56,357 nt of DNA from an uncultured Polaribacter sp. (GCA_913061165.1 CAJXTJ010000001.1:1-56357), one strand, 5' to 3'. Shown: positions 9,173 through 19,709, counted from the first letter of the stretch. Numbers and translations: made by a program. The notes: generated by a model not told the origin, from the sequence alone.

Positions 9173-11611
9173 TTATTTATTTGCAATTCTAATGACGTCT
9201 GCAAAAATACCAGAAGCAGTTACATCTGCACCGGCACCAGCACCTTTTATGATTAGAGGATTTTCAGGATATCTATCTGTGAAAAATAAAACAATATTAT
9301 CACTTCCATCTAAATTATAAAAAGGATGGTCTGAAGCAATATGCTGCAAACCAACATTTGCTTTTCCGTTAATAAATTCTGCCACATATTTTAATCGACA
9401 ATCTTTGTCATTTGCTTCTTTATATATACTTTGAAAATGCGCTTCATTTTTAGTTAAAGAAGCGTAAAAGTCTTCATTATTTTTAGTGTTTAAGGTCTCT
9501 TCCGGTAAAAACGAATTGTTTGAAATATCTTCTAACTCTATTTTATAGCCACTTTCACGCGCTAAAATTAAGATTTTTCTAGCAACATCAACACCACTTA
9601 AATCAATTTTAGGATCTGGTTCTGTATATCCCTCTTTTTGAGCCGCGGCAACTACATCATGAAATGTAGCTTTGGTATTAAAATTATTAAAAACAAAATT
9701 TAAACTTCCAGATAATACTGCCTGAATTTTATGGACTCTATCTCCTGAATTTATCAAATTTTTAAGTGTATCTATAATTGGCAAACCTGCACCAACATTT
9801 GTTTCGAATAAAAAGGAAGCATTGTATTTCCTAGAAACTTGTTGGAGTGTTTTATAGTTATCAAAGCTAGAAGCACATGCAATTTTATTGCAAGTTACAA
9901 CAGAAATACTTTCACGTAAATAGGTTTCATATACTTTAGAAACTTCTTCATTTGCTGTATTGTCTATAAAAACACTATTAATATGATTGGATGCTTTTAC
10001 TTTTTCATGAAAGCTTTTTAAGGTTGTTGGTTCTCCATTTTCTAAGCTTTTTTTCCAGTTTTCTAGATCTATTCCATCATTATCAAAAAACATTTTTCTA
10101 GAATTTGCAATTCCAATAACTTTAATATTTAATTTTACATTTTCTTTTAAGAATTCTCTTTGCTGTTGTATTTGTGCTAGAAAGCGCTCACCAACATTAC
10201 CAACACCAGTAACAAATAAGTTTAGCTGTTTTGTCTTTTCTTCAAAAAATTGCTCATGTAATGTATTTAAGGCTTTTTTGGCATCTGATTTATTAATAAC
10301 AGCAGAGATATTTTTTTCTGAAGAACCCTGTGCAATTGCTCTAACATTCACATTATTTCTCCCTAAGGCGCTAAACATTTGTCCGCTCAGCCCTTGATAG
10401 TTTTTCATACTCTCACCAACTACCGCAATAATTGCCAAATCATTTTCTGCAATAATTGGTTTTATTTTTTTTCTATCTATTTCTATACTAAAAGTAGCGT
10501 CTAAAAGTTCTTTTGCTTTTGCAGCATCATCTTGATAAACACCAACGCAAATAGAATGTTCTGAAGAGGCTTGTGTTATAAAAACAATATTTATTTTTTC
10601 TAAGGAAAGTGTTTCAAACAAACGTTTAGAAAAACCAGGAATTCCAATCATTCCGCCACCTTCTAAAGTAATTAAACTGATGTCTTCTATGTGAGAAATA
10701 CCCTTTACTTCATCACTATTATTTGGATTGTTACAAATTAATGTTCCTACATTTTCGGGATCAAAAGTATTTTTAATTCGAATAGGGATTTTTTTTCTTA
10801 ACGAAGGCTGAATTGTTGGTGGATATAAAACCTTTGCACCAAAATGAGACAACTCCATTGCTTCTTCATATGAAATTTCTGAAATTGGATATGCTTGTTT
10901 TACAACCCTAGGATTTGCGGTAAACATTCCAGGAACGTCTGTCCATATTTGTAATTCAACTGCATTTAAAGCTGCAGCATAAATAGATGCAGAAAAATCT
11001 GAACCACCTCTGCCAAGTGTAGTGGTTTCGCCTTTTATATTAGAAGAAATAAAACCACCTAAAACAGTAACTTGATGTTTGTTTTTATCAAAAAAAGAAA
11101 TAATACTTTGGTTTGTAATTTTAAAATTTACTTGCGCGTTTAGATATTCGTTATTGGTAGAAATTAACGCTCTACTCTCTTTATGAATTGCATCAAACAA
11201 CTCTTTTCCTGCATTTGCAATAATAAAAGAGGAAAGTCTTTCACCAAAGCTAGAGACCTTTGCTAGTGTTTTATCTGATAATTCTTGTAATAAAAAAATA
11301 CCTTCATAAATAGAGGACAATCTGTCTAGTAAAGCAGTAACTACCTCTAAAACTTCTTCTTTTTGAGAAGAAATTAAATCATCAATAACCTGATAATGCA
11401 ATTCTTTAATAGTTTCTAAAATGTTTTTAGCAATTGTAATATCCACTAAAGCACTATTAGCTGCGGCTAATAAATTATCTGTGGTTTTACCAAAAGCAGA
11501 AACTACCACTGCAACTTTTTGTTCTTTAGATGCGTTAGCAACAATGGCTAATACTTTTTTTATGTTTTCTGAATTTGCGACAGATGAACCGCCAAATTTT
11601 AATACTTTCAT
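9173..11611 (-). CDS. thrA: Bifunctional aspartate kinase/homoserine dehydrogenase I
   Basis: KFGGSS, TTLGRGGSD, two ACT domains, GVGNVG, NVGAGLP, GAGADVTASG. Confidence 0.96.
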   Translation of the reverse strand: MKVLKFGGSSVANSENIKKVLAIVANASKEQKVAVVVSAFGKTTDNLLAAANSALVDITIAKNILETIKELHYQVIDDLISSQKEEVLEVVTALLDRLSSIYEGIFLLQELSDKTLAKVSSFGERLSSFIIANAGKELFDAIHKESRALISTNNEYLNAQVNFKITNQSIISFFDKNKHQVTVLGGFISSNIKGETTTLGRGGSDFSASIYAAALNAVELQIWTDVPGMFTANPRVVKQAYPISEISYEEAMELSHFGAKVLYPPTIQPSLRKKIPIRIKNTFDPENVGTLICNNPNNSDEVKGISHIEDISLITLEGGGMIGIPGFSKRLFETLSLEKINIVFITQASSEHSICVGVYQDDAAKAKELLDATFSIEIDRKKIKPIIAENDLAIIAVVGESMKNYQGLSGQMFSALGRNNVNVRAIAQGSSEKNISAVINKSDAKKALNTLHEQFFEEKTKQLNLFVTGVGNVGERFLAQIQQQREFLKENVKLNIKVIGIANSRKMFFDNDGIDLENWKKSLENGEPTTLKSFHEKVKASNHINSVFIDNTANEEVSKVYETYLRESISVVTCNKIACASSFDNYKTLQQVSRKYNASFLFETNVGAGLPIIDTLKNLINSGDRVHKIQAVLSGSLNFVFNNFNTKATFHDVVAAAQKEGYTEPDPKIDLSGVDVARKILILARESGYKIELEDISNNSFLPEETLNTKNNEDFYASLTKNEAHFQSIYKEANDKDCRLKYVAEFINGKANVGLQHIASDHPFYNLDGSDNIVLFFTDRYPENPLIIKGAGAGADVTASGIFADVIRIANK

Positions 11612-11709
11612 TGGTAATGAATAGTTTGTGTAATTGATTTCTTATTGAATGCATTTCGATACTTTTCGAAATTACTGATAACCTAAATTGATATGAATAT
11701 ATAGAACCC

Positions 11710-11814
11710 CTAAAGGGTAATGGTAGCCGAAGAAGTGCGGGTAATAGTATCCATAGAAGTACAAACCATAGAATTGGTTTGAGATGTTTTTACTAAGAAA
11801 TTTAAGATTCGCAC
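11710..11814 (-). CDS. Putative thr operon leader peptide (34 aa, Thr/Ile-rich)
   Basis: GTG...TAG encoding MRILNFLVKTSQTNSMVCTSMDTITRTSSATITL (8 Thr, 3 Ile); alternative ATG at 11769; directly upstream of thrA. Confidence 0.7.
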   Translation of the reverse strand: MRILNFLVKTSQTNSMVCTSMDTITRTSSATITL

Positions 11815-11818
11815 AAGG

Positions 11819-11826
11819 CAAAAGTA
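11819..11826 (-). promoter_or_regulatory. -7 promoter element of thr leader
   Basis: TACTTTTG on minus strand, 4 nt upstream of the leader GTG. Confidence 0.65.
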
Positions 11827-11930
11827 TTATTAATATTTAATTTGTGCTTAAATATTATAAAATATTTTAGGGAATAACCCAATTAATGTGATATTGATAA
11901 AAATAAATATAAAAAATTAGAAATTTCAAA

Positions 11931-13490
11931 TTACTTAGCAAATAGATTTGCTTTTTCTTTAATTATTATTGAAATGGGTTTGTTCTGAATTTTACTTTCT
12001 AACCAGGATAAAATATCTAAATATAAAAAGGCTCTCTTTTCATACGGATGGTTTTCAAACTTTTTTAATTTTTTATGAATTTTTTTAAATTCGTTCTTAA
12101 TTTCATGGGGAAAAACATCACTTAAGTCTCTAATCGATGTAAGAAAAACTTTTTGTACTTCTTGTAAATTCTCCATTTTGAGTAAGAACTTATAAGTATC
12201 TACAAACTGTCTTTCTAAATCATAATCTAAACCACATTCATAATGTGCAATTAAATTTAAAATACGTGCAAAACACTGCAAATCTTCTGCGGCACTTAAG
12301 TTTTTAGAACGTATAATTTTTTGTAGATATAGAATACACAACTTGTTTTTGCCCATTCCAAAATATAAACAAGCAATTTTGTAGTGCAACAAAACGATAT
12401 AATGATTGTCTAATCTGTTTTTATACTTTTCAATTTTATCATTAATAATAGCTACTAAATATTCTCCCTCATCAAAAGTGCCCTCTAAGAAGTGTAAATG
12501 CAGTTTATTTGAGTATAAATACATAAAAATAAGTAATTCTGTATTTGTATTTAAAGGAATTTCTTGATTTTCAATTTGTGTTTCAAAAGCAACTAATTCC
12601 GCTTTAAATGTCGATGTTTTTTGAACTAAAAAAGAAGCTTCTAGCAGGTAGTTTTTAGACTTTAAATAAAAAACAGGATGTATGTTTATTAATTTAGGGC
12701 TATTAAATAAATGAACGCATTTGCTAGCGTATTTGTAGCTCAGTAAAAAGTCTTGAATTAAAAAACTATACCACAAATGTGCTTTATTTAACCATAATTT
12801 TTCTCTAAAACCTAAAGTTTTAAAATCGTACTTTGGCATTTTATCGTTAAAATATTTTTGAATAAATTCAACTTCTTTTTTGTTTTTCACATAGCCATTT
12901 TGTAGCAGATGGCTGTACAATTGCAAAGATAAATTAGAGAGTTTACTGGCAATTACATTTTGCTGACTTAATTCTTTTGCCTGTATAGATAATTGATTTG
13001 CTCTATTGCTTAGACTTCTTGTAATATATTGTGTTTCTATTACTTTCTCTAATTCTACAATTTCATAGGCAATGTTCTTTTCTTCGTTGTCTAAAGCCAT
13101 GTTTTTAGCTTTTTCTAAGAGTTTTAGACTTTGCTTATACAGGCCTTTTTGGTATAAAACGGTGGCAAAATCTAATTGTTCTCTAATTTGAATTCGCACG
13201 TTTTTGTGTGCAGGATTTAAGCGCAAACTAATTAATATTTGTTTGTATAAATGCGCTTTTAGATTAGAAAGTTGCTGTTTAGAAACAATTCCGCTGCCAA
13301 TAATTACTTTTTCGTCGTATATTTTTAACTTTTCTAAGAATTTAAATAAAGAAAAAAATTTTGCATCAATGTTACCACCAAGCCTTCCTACATACAAATT
13401 AAACTGCCTCTTTTCAGATTTAGTTAAAGATTTAATAAGAACAAAAAGAGCATCATTTTGTTGATTGGCGGATGTAATGATTTTACTCAT
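11931..13490 (-). CDS. Hypothetical all-helical/TPR-like protein, candidate regulator
   Basis: 519-aa ORF, no signal peptide or TM segment, N-terminal LFVLIKSLTKSEKRQF, TPR-like helices (LYQKGLYKQSLKLLEKAK, YKIACLYFGMG). Confidence 0.75.
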   Translation of the reverse strand: MSKIITSANQQNDALFVLIKSLTKSEKRQFNLYVGRLGGNIDAKFFSLFKFLEKLKIYDEKVIIGSGIVSKQQLSNLKAHLYKQILISLRLNPAHKNVRIQIREQLDFATVLYQKGLYKQSLKLLEKAKNMALDNEEKNIAYEIVELEKVIETQYITRSLSNRANQLSIQAKELSQQNVIASKLSNLSLQLYSHLLQNGYVKNKKEVEFIQKYFNDKMPKYDFKTLGFREKLWLNKAHLWYSFLIQDFLLSYKYASKCVHLFNSPKLINIHPVFYLKSKNYLLEASFLVQKTSTFKAELVAFETQIENQEIPLNTNTELLIFMYLYSNKLHLHFLEGTFDEGEYLVAIINDKIEKYKNRLDNHYIVLLHYKIACLYFGMGKNKLCILYLQKIIRSKNLSAAEDLQCFARILNLIAHYECGLDYDLERQFVDTYKFLLKMENLQEVQKVFLTSIRDLSDVFPHEIKNEFKKIHKKLKKFENHPYEKRAFLYLDILSWLESKIQNKPISIIIKEKANLFAK

Positions 13491-13560
13491 AATCTATTGG
13501 TAATCAGTTTTTTAATTATTGATGATTTGCTTTAGAAATCGTTTGTTATAAGATGTTGAT

Positions 13561-13591
13561 TCTTGTATTGAATATGCAAGATATATATTTG
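13561..13591 (+). promoter_or_regulatory. leuA promoter with palindromic operator-like site
   Basis: TCTTGTAT-TGAAT-ATGCAAGA (13561-13581, 7/8 dyad) followed by TATATTTG (13584-13591). Confidence 0.55.
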
Positions 13592-13622
13592 ATTTATAAT
13601 AAGTACAATCTTTATAGAAATT

Positions 13623-14798
13623 ATGCAAGACAATCAAGTACAAATTTTCGACACAACACTAAGAGATGGAGAACAGGTTCCTGGGTGTAAGTTAGATACA
13701 AATCAAAAATTAGTAATTGCTGAGAGATTAGACTTGTTGGGTGTGAACGTAATAGAGGCTGGTTTTCCTGTTTCTAGCCCTGGAGATTTTAGATCGGTTA
13801 CTGAAATTTCGAAAATTGTAAAAAATGCAACAGTTTGTGGTTTAACTAGAGCTGTTGAAAATGATATAAAAGTAGCTGCAGAAGCTTTAAAATATGCAAA
13901 ATTTCCTCGAATACATACAGGTATTGGAACGAGTGATTCTCATATAAAATTCAAATTTAATTCTACCAGAGAAAAGGTAATTGAGCGTGCTGTAAATGCT
14001 GTTGCGTATTCAAAAGGTTTTGTAGAAGATGTAGAGTTTTACGCAGAAGACGCAGGTAGAACAGATAATGCCTTTTTAGCGAAGGTTTGCGAAGCAGTTA
14101 TAAAAGCAGGTGCAACTGTGCTAAACATTCCAGATACAACAGGGTACTGTTTGCCAGATGAATACGGTGCAAAAATAAAATATTTACGTGAAAACGTAAG
14201 AGGTATAGAAAACGTAATTCTTTCTTGTCATTGTCACAACGATTTAGGTTTGGCAACTGCCAATTCAATTGCTGGTGTTATTAATGGCGCCCGTCAGATT
14301 GAATGTACAATTAACGGAATTGGAGAACGCGCAGGAAACACAGCGTTAGAAGAAGTAGTTATGGTGTTAAAACAACACCCTTATTTAAACTTAGAAACAA
14401 GTATTAATACAAAATTATTGTATGATACGAGTATTTTAGTTCGTGAAAGCATGGGAATGCCAGTACAACCTAATAAGGCAATCGTTGGCGCAAATGCATT
14501 CGCGCATAGCTCTGGAATTCATCAAGATGGTGTTATAAAAAATAGAGAAACCTATGAAATTATGGATCCTGAAGATGTTGGTGTTACAGAAAGTGCCATT
14601 GTTTTAACTGCAAGAAGTGGAAGAGCGGCTTTAGCTTATAGAGCAAAAAAGATTGGTTATGAGTTGACAAAATTACAACTAGATGTTGCTTACGACGCTT
14701 TTCTAGTTATAGCAGACAATCAGAAAGAAGTAAAAGATGATGACATTCATAAAATTATGAAAGAAGTTAATAAGGTTTTTGAAATTCTTACAACTTAA
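13623..14798 (+). CDS. leuA: 2-isopropylmalate synthase, short form without C-terminal regulatory domain
   Basis: [34 protein letters not shown]; only 391 aa. Confidence 0.93.
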   Translation: MQDNQVQIFDTTLRDGEQVPGCKLDTNQKLVIAERLDLLGVNVIEAGFPVSSPGDFRSVTEISKIVKNATVCGLTRAVENDIKVAAEALKYAKFPRIHTGIGTSDSHIKFKFNSTREKVIERAVNAVAYSKGFVEDVEFYAEDAGRTDNAFLAKVCEAVIKAGATVLNIPDTTGYCLPDEYGAKIKYLRENVRGIENVILSCHCHNDLGLATANSIAGVINGARQIECTINGIGERAGNTALEEVVMVLKQHPYLNLETSINTKLLYDTSILVRESMGMPVQPNKAIVGANAFAHSSGIHQDGVIKNRETYEIMDPEDVGVTESAIVLTARSGRAALAYRAKKIGYELTKLQLDVAYDAFLVIADNQKEVKDDDIHKIMKEVNKVFEILTT

Positions 14799-14816
14799 AA
14801 ATTTTATACCAATATT

Positions 14817-15938
14817 ATGAAATATACAATCGCAGTAATTCCGGGAGATGGTATTGGGCCAGAGGTAATTAATCAAGCAAAAAGAGCATTAGATGCTGTT
14901 GCAGAATTGTATGATCATATCTTTTTATATAAGGAAGCTCAAATGGGTGCCTGTGCAATTGATGCCTTTGGAGTTCCTTTACCAGAAGAAACGATTACCA
15001 TTTGTAAAAATGCAGATGCTATTTTATTTGGGGCTATTGGAGATCCTAAATATGATAATGATCCTACCGCAAAAATAAGACCAGAACAAGGTCTTTTGCA
15101 ATTAAGAGAAGACTTAGGTTTGTTCTGTAACGTAAGACCTGTAAAGGCCTATGATAGTTTGATAAAAAACTCACCATTAAAAAGAGAAATTATTAAAGGA
15201 ACAGATATTGTTATTTATAGAGAATTAACGGGTGGTATTTATTTTGGAAATAAAAAATTGAGTGCAGATGGCCAGACAGCTACAGATACCTGTTCTTACT
15301 CTGTTAATGAAATTTCTAGAATTACGCATTTAGCCTTTAAAGCGGCACAAACTAGAAGAAAAAAAGTAACCTTAATAGATAAAGCTAATGTTTTAGAAAC
15401 GTCTCGTTTATGGAGAAAAACGGTTACAGAAATTTCAAAAAAATACAAGGATGTTGCATTAGAATATTTATTTGTTGACAACGCAGCAATGCAGATAATT
15501 TTAAATCCAAAACAGTTTGATGTAATTCTTACAGAAAATTTATTTGGAGATATTATTTCAGATGAAGCAAGTGTTATCGGAGGTTCAATCGGTTTATTAG
15601 CCTCTTCTTCAATTGGTAAAGAAAATGCATTATTCGAACCAATCCATGGTTCTTTTCCACAAGCAAAAGGTAAAGATATTGCAAACCCTTTAGCCTCGAT
15701 CTTGTCGGCAGCTATGTTGTTAGAGCATTTAGGTTTAGATGAAGAAGCAGGCGCTATAGAAAGAGCGGTAGAGAAATCTTTAGTCTTAAATATTACAACA
15801 GAAGATATAAAAGGTAAAAATAAGTACCCTGCATCTACTTCTAAAGTAGGAGATTTTATTGTGGATTATATACTAAATCAAGAAGACTCCAATTTAAATT
15901 TCATGAATATTCACGCCGGCCAGAGCACTATTATTTAA
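14817..15938 (+). CDS. leuB: 3-isopropylmalate dehydrogenase
   Basis: PGDGIGPEV, RELTGGIYFG, DKANVL, NLFGDIISD, EPIHGS. Confidence 0.95.
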   Translation: MKYTIAVIPGDGIGPEVINQAKRALDAVAELYDHIFLYKEAQMGACAIDAFGVPLPEETITICKNADAILFGAIGDPKYDNDPTAKIRPEQGLLQLREDLGLFCNVRPVKAYDSLIKNSPLKREIIKGTDIVIYRELTGGIYFGNKKLSADGQTATDTCSYSVNEISRITHLAFKAAQTRRKKVTLIDKANVLETSRLWRKTVTEISKKYKDVALEYLFVDNAAMQIILNPKQFDVILTENLFGDIISDEASVIGGSIGLLASSSIGKENALFEPIHGSFPQAKGKDIANPLASILSAAMLLEHLGLDEEAGAIERAVEKSLVLNITTEDIKGKNKYPASTSKVGDFIVDYILNQEDSNLNFMNIHAGQSTII

Positions 15939-15979
15939 TGAATAAATTAAGTATTTTAAAGATTTTTTTTTAGTTACAA

Positions 15980-16027
15980 ATGAATAAACAAGTATTAAAT
16001 ATTATTTCTACAGTAAAGACGCGATAA
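15980..16027 (+). CDS. Putative ilv operon leader peptide (15 aa)
   Basis: MNKQVLNIISTVKTR* with V, L, I, I, V codons, followed by a terminator, upstream of ilvD. Confidence 0.5.
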   Translation: MNKQVLNIISTVKTR

Positions 16028-16056
16028 GGAAGTGTTATTTATATTTTTATAAAGGA

Positions 16057-16084
16057 GCCTTCCATTAAAATGGTAGGTTTTTTT
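16057..16084 (+). terminator. Intrinsic terminator / attenuator upstream of ilvD
   Basis: GCCTTCCATT-AA-AATGGTAGGT stem followed by a T run. Confidence 0.75.
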
Positions 16085-16252
16085 ATGGGCTTTTTTAAGG
16101 TGTTGAATATCATAATTAAAAATAGTTAATACGTTTATTAATAGTGGTTTATATTGTTTTTTTAACACCTGAATGTAAACATTAGTATTGAATATTATTC
16201 AATAAAATACAGAAACAGAGTAATTTAGTCAACAAATTGAAGAATACAAGAA

Positions 16253-17929
16253 ATGGAATTAAATAAACATAGCAAAAGACTAACACAAGATGAATCTCAG
16301 CCTGCATCGCAAGCAATGTTGTATGCCGTAGGTTTAACAGATGAAGATATGAGCAGAGCTCAAGTTGGTATTGCAAGCACAGGATATGATGGCAATCCTT
16401 GTAACATGCATTTAAACAATTTGGCAGCAGAGGTGAAAGTGGAAAGTAAAATTGCTGGTTTAGTGGGTCTAGGGTTTAATACAATTGGAGTTTCAGACGG
16501 AATTTCAATGGGAACTTCTGGTATGAATTACTCTTTAGCTTCTAGAGATATTATTGCAGATTCTATTGAAACAGTTATGAATGCGCAAAGTTATGATGCA
16601 TTGATTTCTGTTGTTGGTTGTGATAAAAATATGCCAGGAGCTGTTATTGCAATGCTGCGTTTAAATCGTCCATCAATAATGATGTACGGTGGTACAATTG
16701 CATCTGGAAATTACAAAGGAAAAAAATTAAATATTGTTTCTGCTTTTGAAGCTTTAGGGCAAAAAATGGCAGGTGAAATTGAAGAAGACGAATATAGAGA
16801 AATTATAAAAAGAGCTATTCCGGGAGCGGGCGCTTGTGGTGGAATGTATACCGCAAATACAATGGCTTCTGCTATAGAATGTATGGGGTTTGCATTGCCT
16901 TACAATTCATCTATTCCAGCAGAGAATCCGAATAAGTTATCTGAATCAGAAAGAACTGCTTTGGCTATAAAAAACCTATTAGAATTAGATTTAAAACCTT
17001 TAGATATTATTTCAAAAAAATCTTTAGAAAATGCCATTGCTATTGTAAATGCTTTAGGAGGTTCTACAAATGCTGTCTTACACTTTTTAGCAATTGCACA
17101 TGCAGCAGATATTGAATTTACGTTAGAAGATTTTCAAAGAGTAAGTGATAGAACACCTTTAATTGCAGATTTAAAACCATCAGGAAAATACTTAATGGAA
17201 GATGTTCATGGAGTTGGAGGAACACCTGCCATTATGAAATATCTGTTACAAGAAGGATACTTGCACGGGGATTGCTTGACCGTTACAGGAAAAACATTAG
17301 CTGACAATTTAGCGGATGTAAAAGCAATGGAGTTTGAGGAGCAAGATGTTATTTATCCAAAAGACAAAGCATTAAAATCGTCAGGAAATATTCAGATAAT
17401 TTATGGAAATCTTGCGACTGAAGGAGCGGTTGCGAAAATTTCAGGAAATGAAGGGTTGCTTTTTGAAGGAAAAGCTGTTGTTTATGACGGTGAGCAGGCT
17501 GCAAATACAGGTATTGTTGCAGGAGAAGTAGAGAAAGGAGATGTCGTCGTTATTAGATATGTAGGTCCAAAAGGTGGACCAGGGATGCCAGAAATGTTAA
17601 AACCAACTTCGTTAATTATGGGAGCAGGTTTAGGTAAATCAGTTGCTTTAATTACAGATGGTCGCTTTTCTGGAGGAACACATGGTTTTGTAGTTGGCCA
17701 TATTACACCAGAAGCACAATCTGGAGGAACTATCGGAATATTAAAAACGGGTGATAAAATTAGAATTAGTGCAGAAGATAATTCTATTAATGTTTTAATT
17801 TCTGATGAAGAAATTTCAGAAAGAAAAGCACAATGGGTTGCACCAGCGCTAAAACACACCAAAGGAATTTTATATAAATATGCAAAAATAGTAGCATCAG
17901 CGTCTAAAGGATGTGTTACAGATTTATAA
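16253..17929 (+). CDS. ilvD: Dihydroxy-acid dehydratase
   Basis: [40 protein letters not shown]. Confidence 0.96.
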   Translation: MELNKHSKRLTQDESQPASQAMLYAVGLTDEDMSRAQVGIASTGYDGNPCNMHLNNLAAEVKVESKIAGLVGLGFNTIGVSDGISMGTSGMNYSLASRDIIADSIETVMNAQSYDALISVVGCDKNMPGAVIAMLRLNRPSIMMYGGTIASGNYKGKKLNIVSAFEALGQKMAGEIEEDEYREIIKRAIPGAGACGGMYTANTMASAIECMGFALPYNSSIPAENPNKLSESERTALAIKNLLELDLKPLDIISKKSLENAIAIVNALGGSTNAVLHFLAIAHAADIEFTLEDFQRVSDRTPLIADLKPSGKYLMEDVHGVGGTPAIMKYLLQEGYLHGDCLTVTGKTLADNLADVKAMEFEEQDVIYPKDKALKSSGNIQIIYGNLATEGAVAKISGNEGLLFEGKAVVYDGEQAANTGIVAGEVEKGDVVVIRYVGPKGGPGMPEMLKPTSLIMGAGLGKSVALITDGRFSGGTHGFVVGHITPEAQSGGTIGILKTGDKIRISAEDNSINVLISDEEISERKAQWVAPALKHTKGILYKYAKIVASASKGCVTDL

Positions 17930-17974
17930 AATAAAATATTATTCTTACAGAAGTAAGACCCTAAAATAAATACT

Positions 17975-19708
17975 ATGGAAACACAAACCATAAAAAATCA
18001 AGAAAAAGCAGCAAAAATTACCGAAAGAATATCTGGTAGCGAAGCGATTGTTAGGTGTTTAATTGCAGAAGACGTAAAAATAATTTACGGATATCCTGGT
18101 GGCGCAATTATGCCAGTATATGATGAATTATACAAATATCAAGATAAAATTCATCATGTTTTAACGCGTCATGAGCAAGGTGCAACGCACTCTGCACAAG
18201 GTTTTGCAAGAATTTCTGGTAAAGTAGGTGTTGCAATTGCAACTTCGGGTCCTGGAGCAACCAATTTAGTTACAGGTTTAGCAGATGCACAAATAGATTC
18301 TACACCAATGGTTTGTATTACTGGGCAAGTGCCGTCTCATTTATTAGGTAGCGATGCTTTTCAGGAAACAGATATTGTTGGTATTTCTACACCAGTTACA
18401 AAATGGAATTGTCAAGTTACCAAAGCAGCAGATATACCGGCAGCTTTAGCAAAGGCATTTTACATTGCAAGATCTGGAAGGCCAGGACCTGTTTTAGTTG
18501 ATATTACAAAAGATGCACAGTTTGAAGAATTCGATTTTTGTTACGAAAAATGTACCAAAGTAAGAAGTTATGTTCCGATTCCAAAAACGGTAACAGGTAC
18601 TTTAGAAGCTGCTGCGAAAATTATAAATTCGGCTAGAAAACCGTTAATAATTTGGGGGCAAGGTATAATTTTAAGTGAAGCAGAAGTGCAATTTAAGGCA
18701 CTTGTAGAGAAAGCAGGTATTCCTGCCGCTTGGACTATCTTAGGAGCTTCAGCGTTGCCAACTTCTCACCCTTTAAATGTAGGGATGTTAGGTATGCATG
18801 GTAATTATGCACCAAATAAGTTAACCAACGAATGTGATGTTTTAATTGCAATTGGTATGCGTTTTGACGATAGAGTTACAGGTAAATTAGATGAATATGC
18901 GCGGCAAGCAAAAGTGATTCATTTTGAAATTGATCCTGCAGAAATAGACAAAAATGTAAAAACAGATGTTGCGGTTTTAGGAGATGCAAAAGCAACTTTA
19001 GAAGCTATTTTACCATTAATTAATACCAATTCTCATAAAGAATGGCATCAACAGTTTAAAGATTTATATGAAATTGAATATGAAAAAGTAATTAAAGGAG
19101 ATCTTCATCCAACGAAAGAAGGATTAACAATGGGTGAAGTGATTAAAGAAATTAATATTCAGAGTAAAGGAGATGCTGCCATTGTTACAGATGTAGGGCA
19201 ACATCAAATGATTGCGTGTAGATATGCAGAATTTAATAAAACAAAAAGTAATATTACTTCTGGTGGTTTAGGTACTATGGGCTTTGGTTTACCAGCAGCT
19301 ATTGGTGCTAAAATGGCAACACCAGATCGCGAAGTTGTTTCAATTTCTGGTGATGGTGGTTATCAAATGACTATTCAAGAATTAGGAACTATTTTTCAGC
19401 AAAAAGCTGCAGTTAAAATTGTAGTTTTAAATAATGATTTTTTAGGAATGGTGCGCCAATGGCAGCAGTTGTTTTTTGAAAAACGCTATGCATCTACAGA
19501 GATGGTGAACCCTAATTTTGTAGCCATTGCGGAAGGATATTATATTAAGGCAAAAAAAGTTACAAAACGTGAAGAATTAGCTGGTGCTGTCAAAGAAATG
19601 ATGGAGAGTAAAGAAGCTTATTTTTTAGAAGTTTGTGTAGAAAAAGAAGGAAATGTATTTCCAATGGTTCCTTCTGGAGCAAGTGTTTCAGATATAAGAT
19701 TAGCATAA
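17975..19708 (+). CDS. ilvB: Acetolactate synthase large subunit
   Basis: GYPGG, RHEQGA, TSGPGATN, RFDDRVTG, GDGGYQM, GMVRQWQ. Confidence 0.95.
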   Translation: METQTIKNQEKAAKITERISGSEAIVRCLIAEDVKIIYGYPGGAIMPVYDELYKYQDKIHHVLTRHEQGATHSAQGFARISGKVGVAIATSGPGATNLVTGLADAQIDSTPMVCITGQVPSHLLGSDAFQETDIVGISTPVTKWNCQVTKAADIPAALAKAFYIARSGRPGPVLVDITKDAQFEEFDFCYEKCTKVRSYVPIPKTVTGTLEAAAKIINSARKPLIIWGQGIILSEAEVQFKALVEKAGIPAAWTILGASALPTSHPLNVGMLGMHGNYAPNKLTNECDVLIAIGMRFDDRVTGKLDEYARQAKVIHFEIDPAEIDKNVKTDVAVLGDAKATLEAILPLINTNSHKEWHQQFKDLYEIEYEKVIKGDLHPTKEGLTMGEVIKEINIQSKGDAAIVTDVGQHQMIACRYAEFNKTKSNITSGGLGTMGFGLPAAIGAKMATPDREVVSISGDGGYQMTIQELGTIFQQKAAVKIVVLNNDFLGMVRQWQQLFFEKRYASTEMVNPNFVAIAEGYYIKAKKVTKREELAGAVKEMMESKEAYFLEVCVEKEGNVFPMVPSGASVSDIRLA

Positions 19709-19709
19709 G

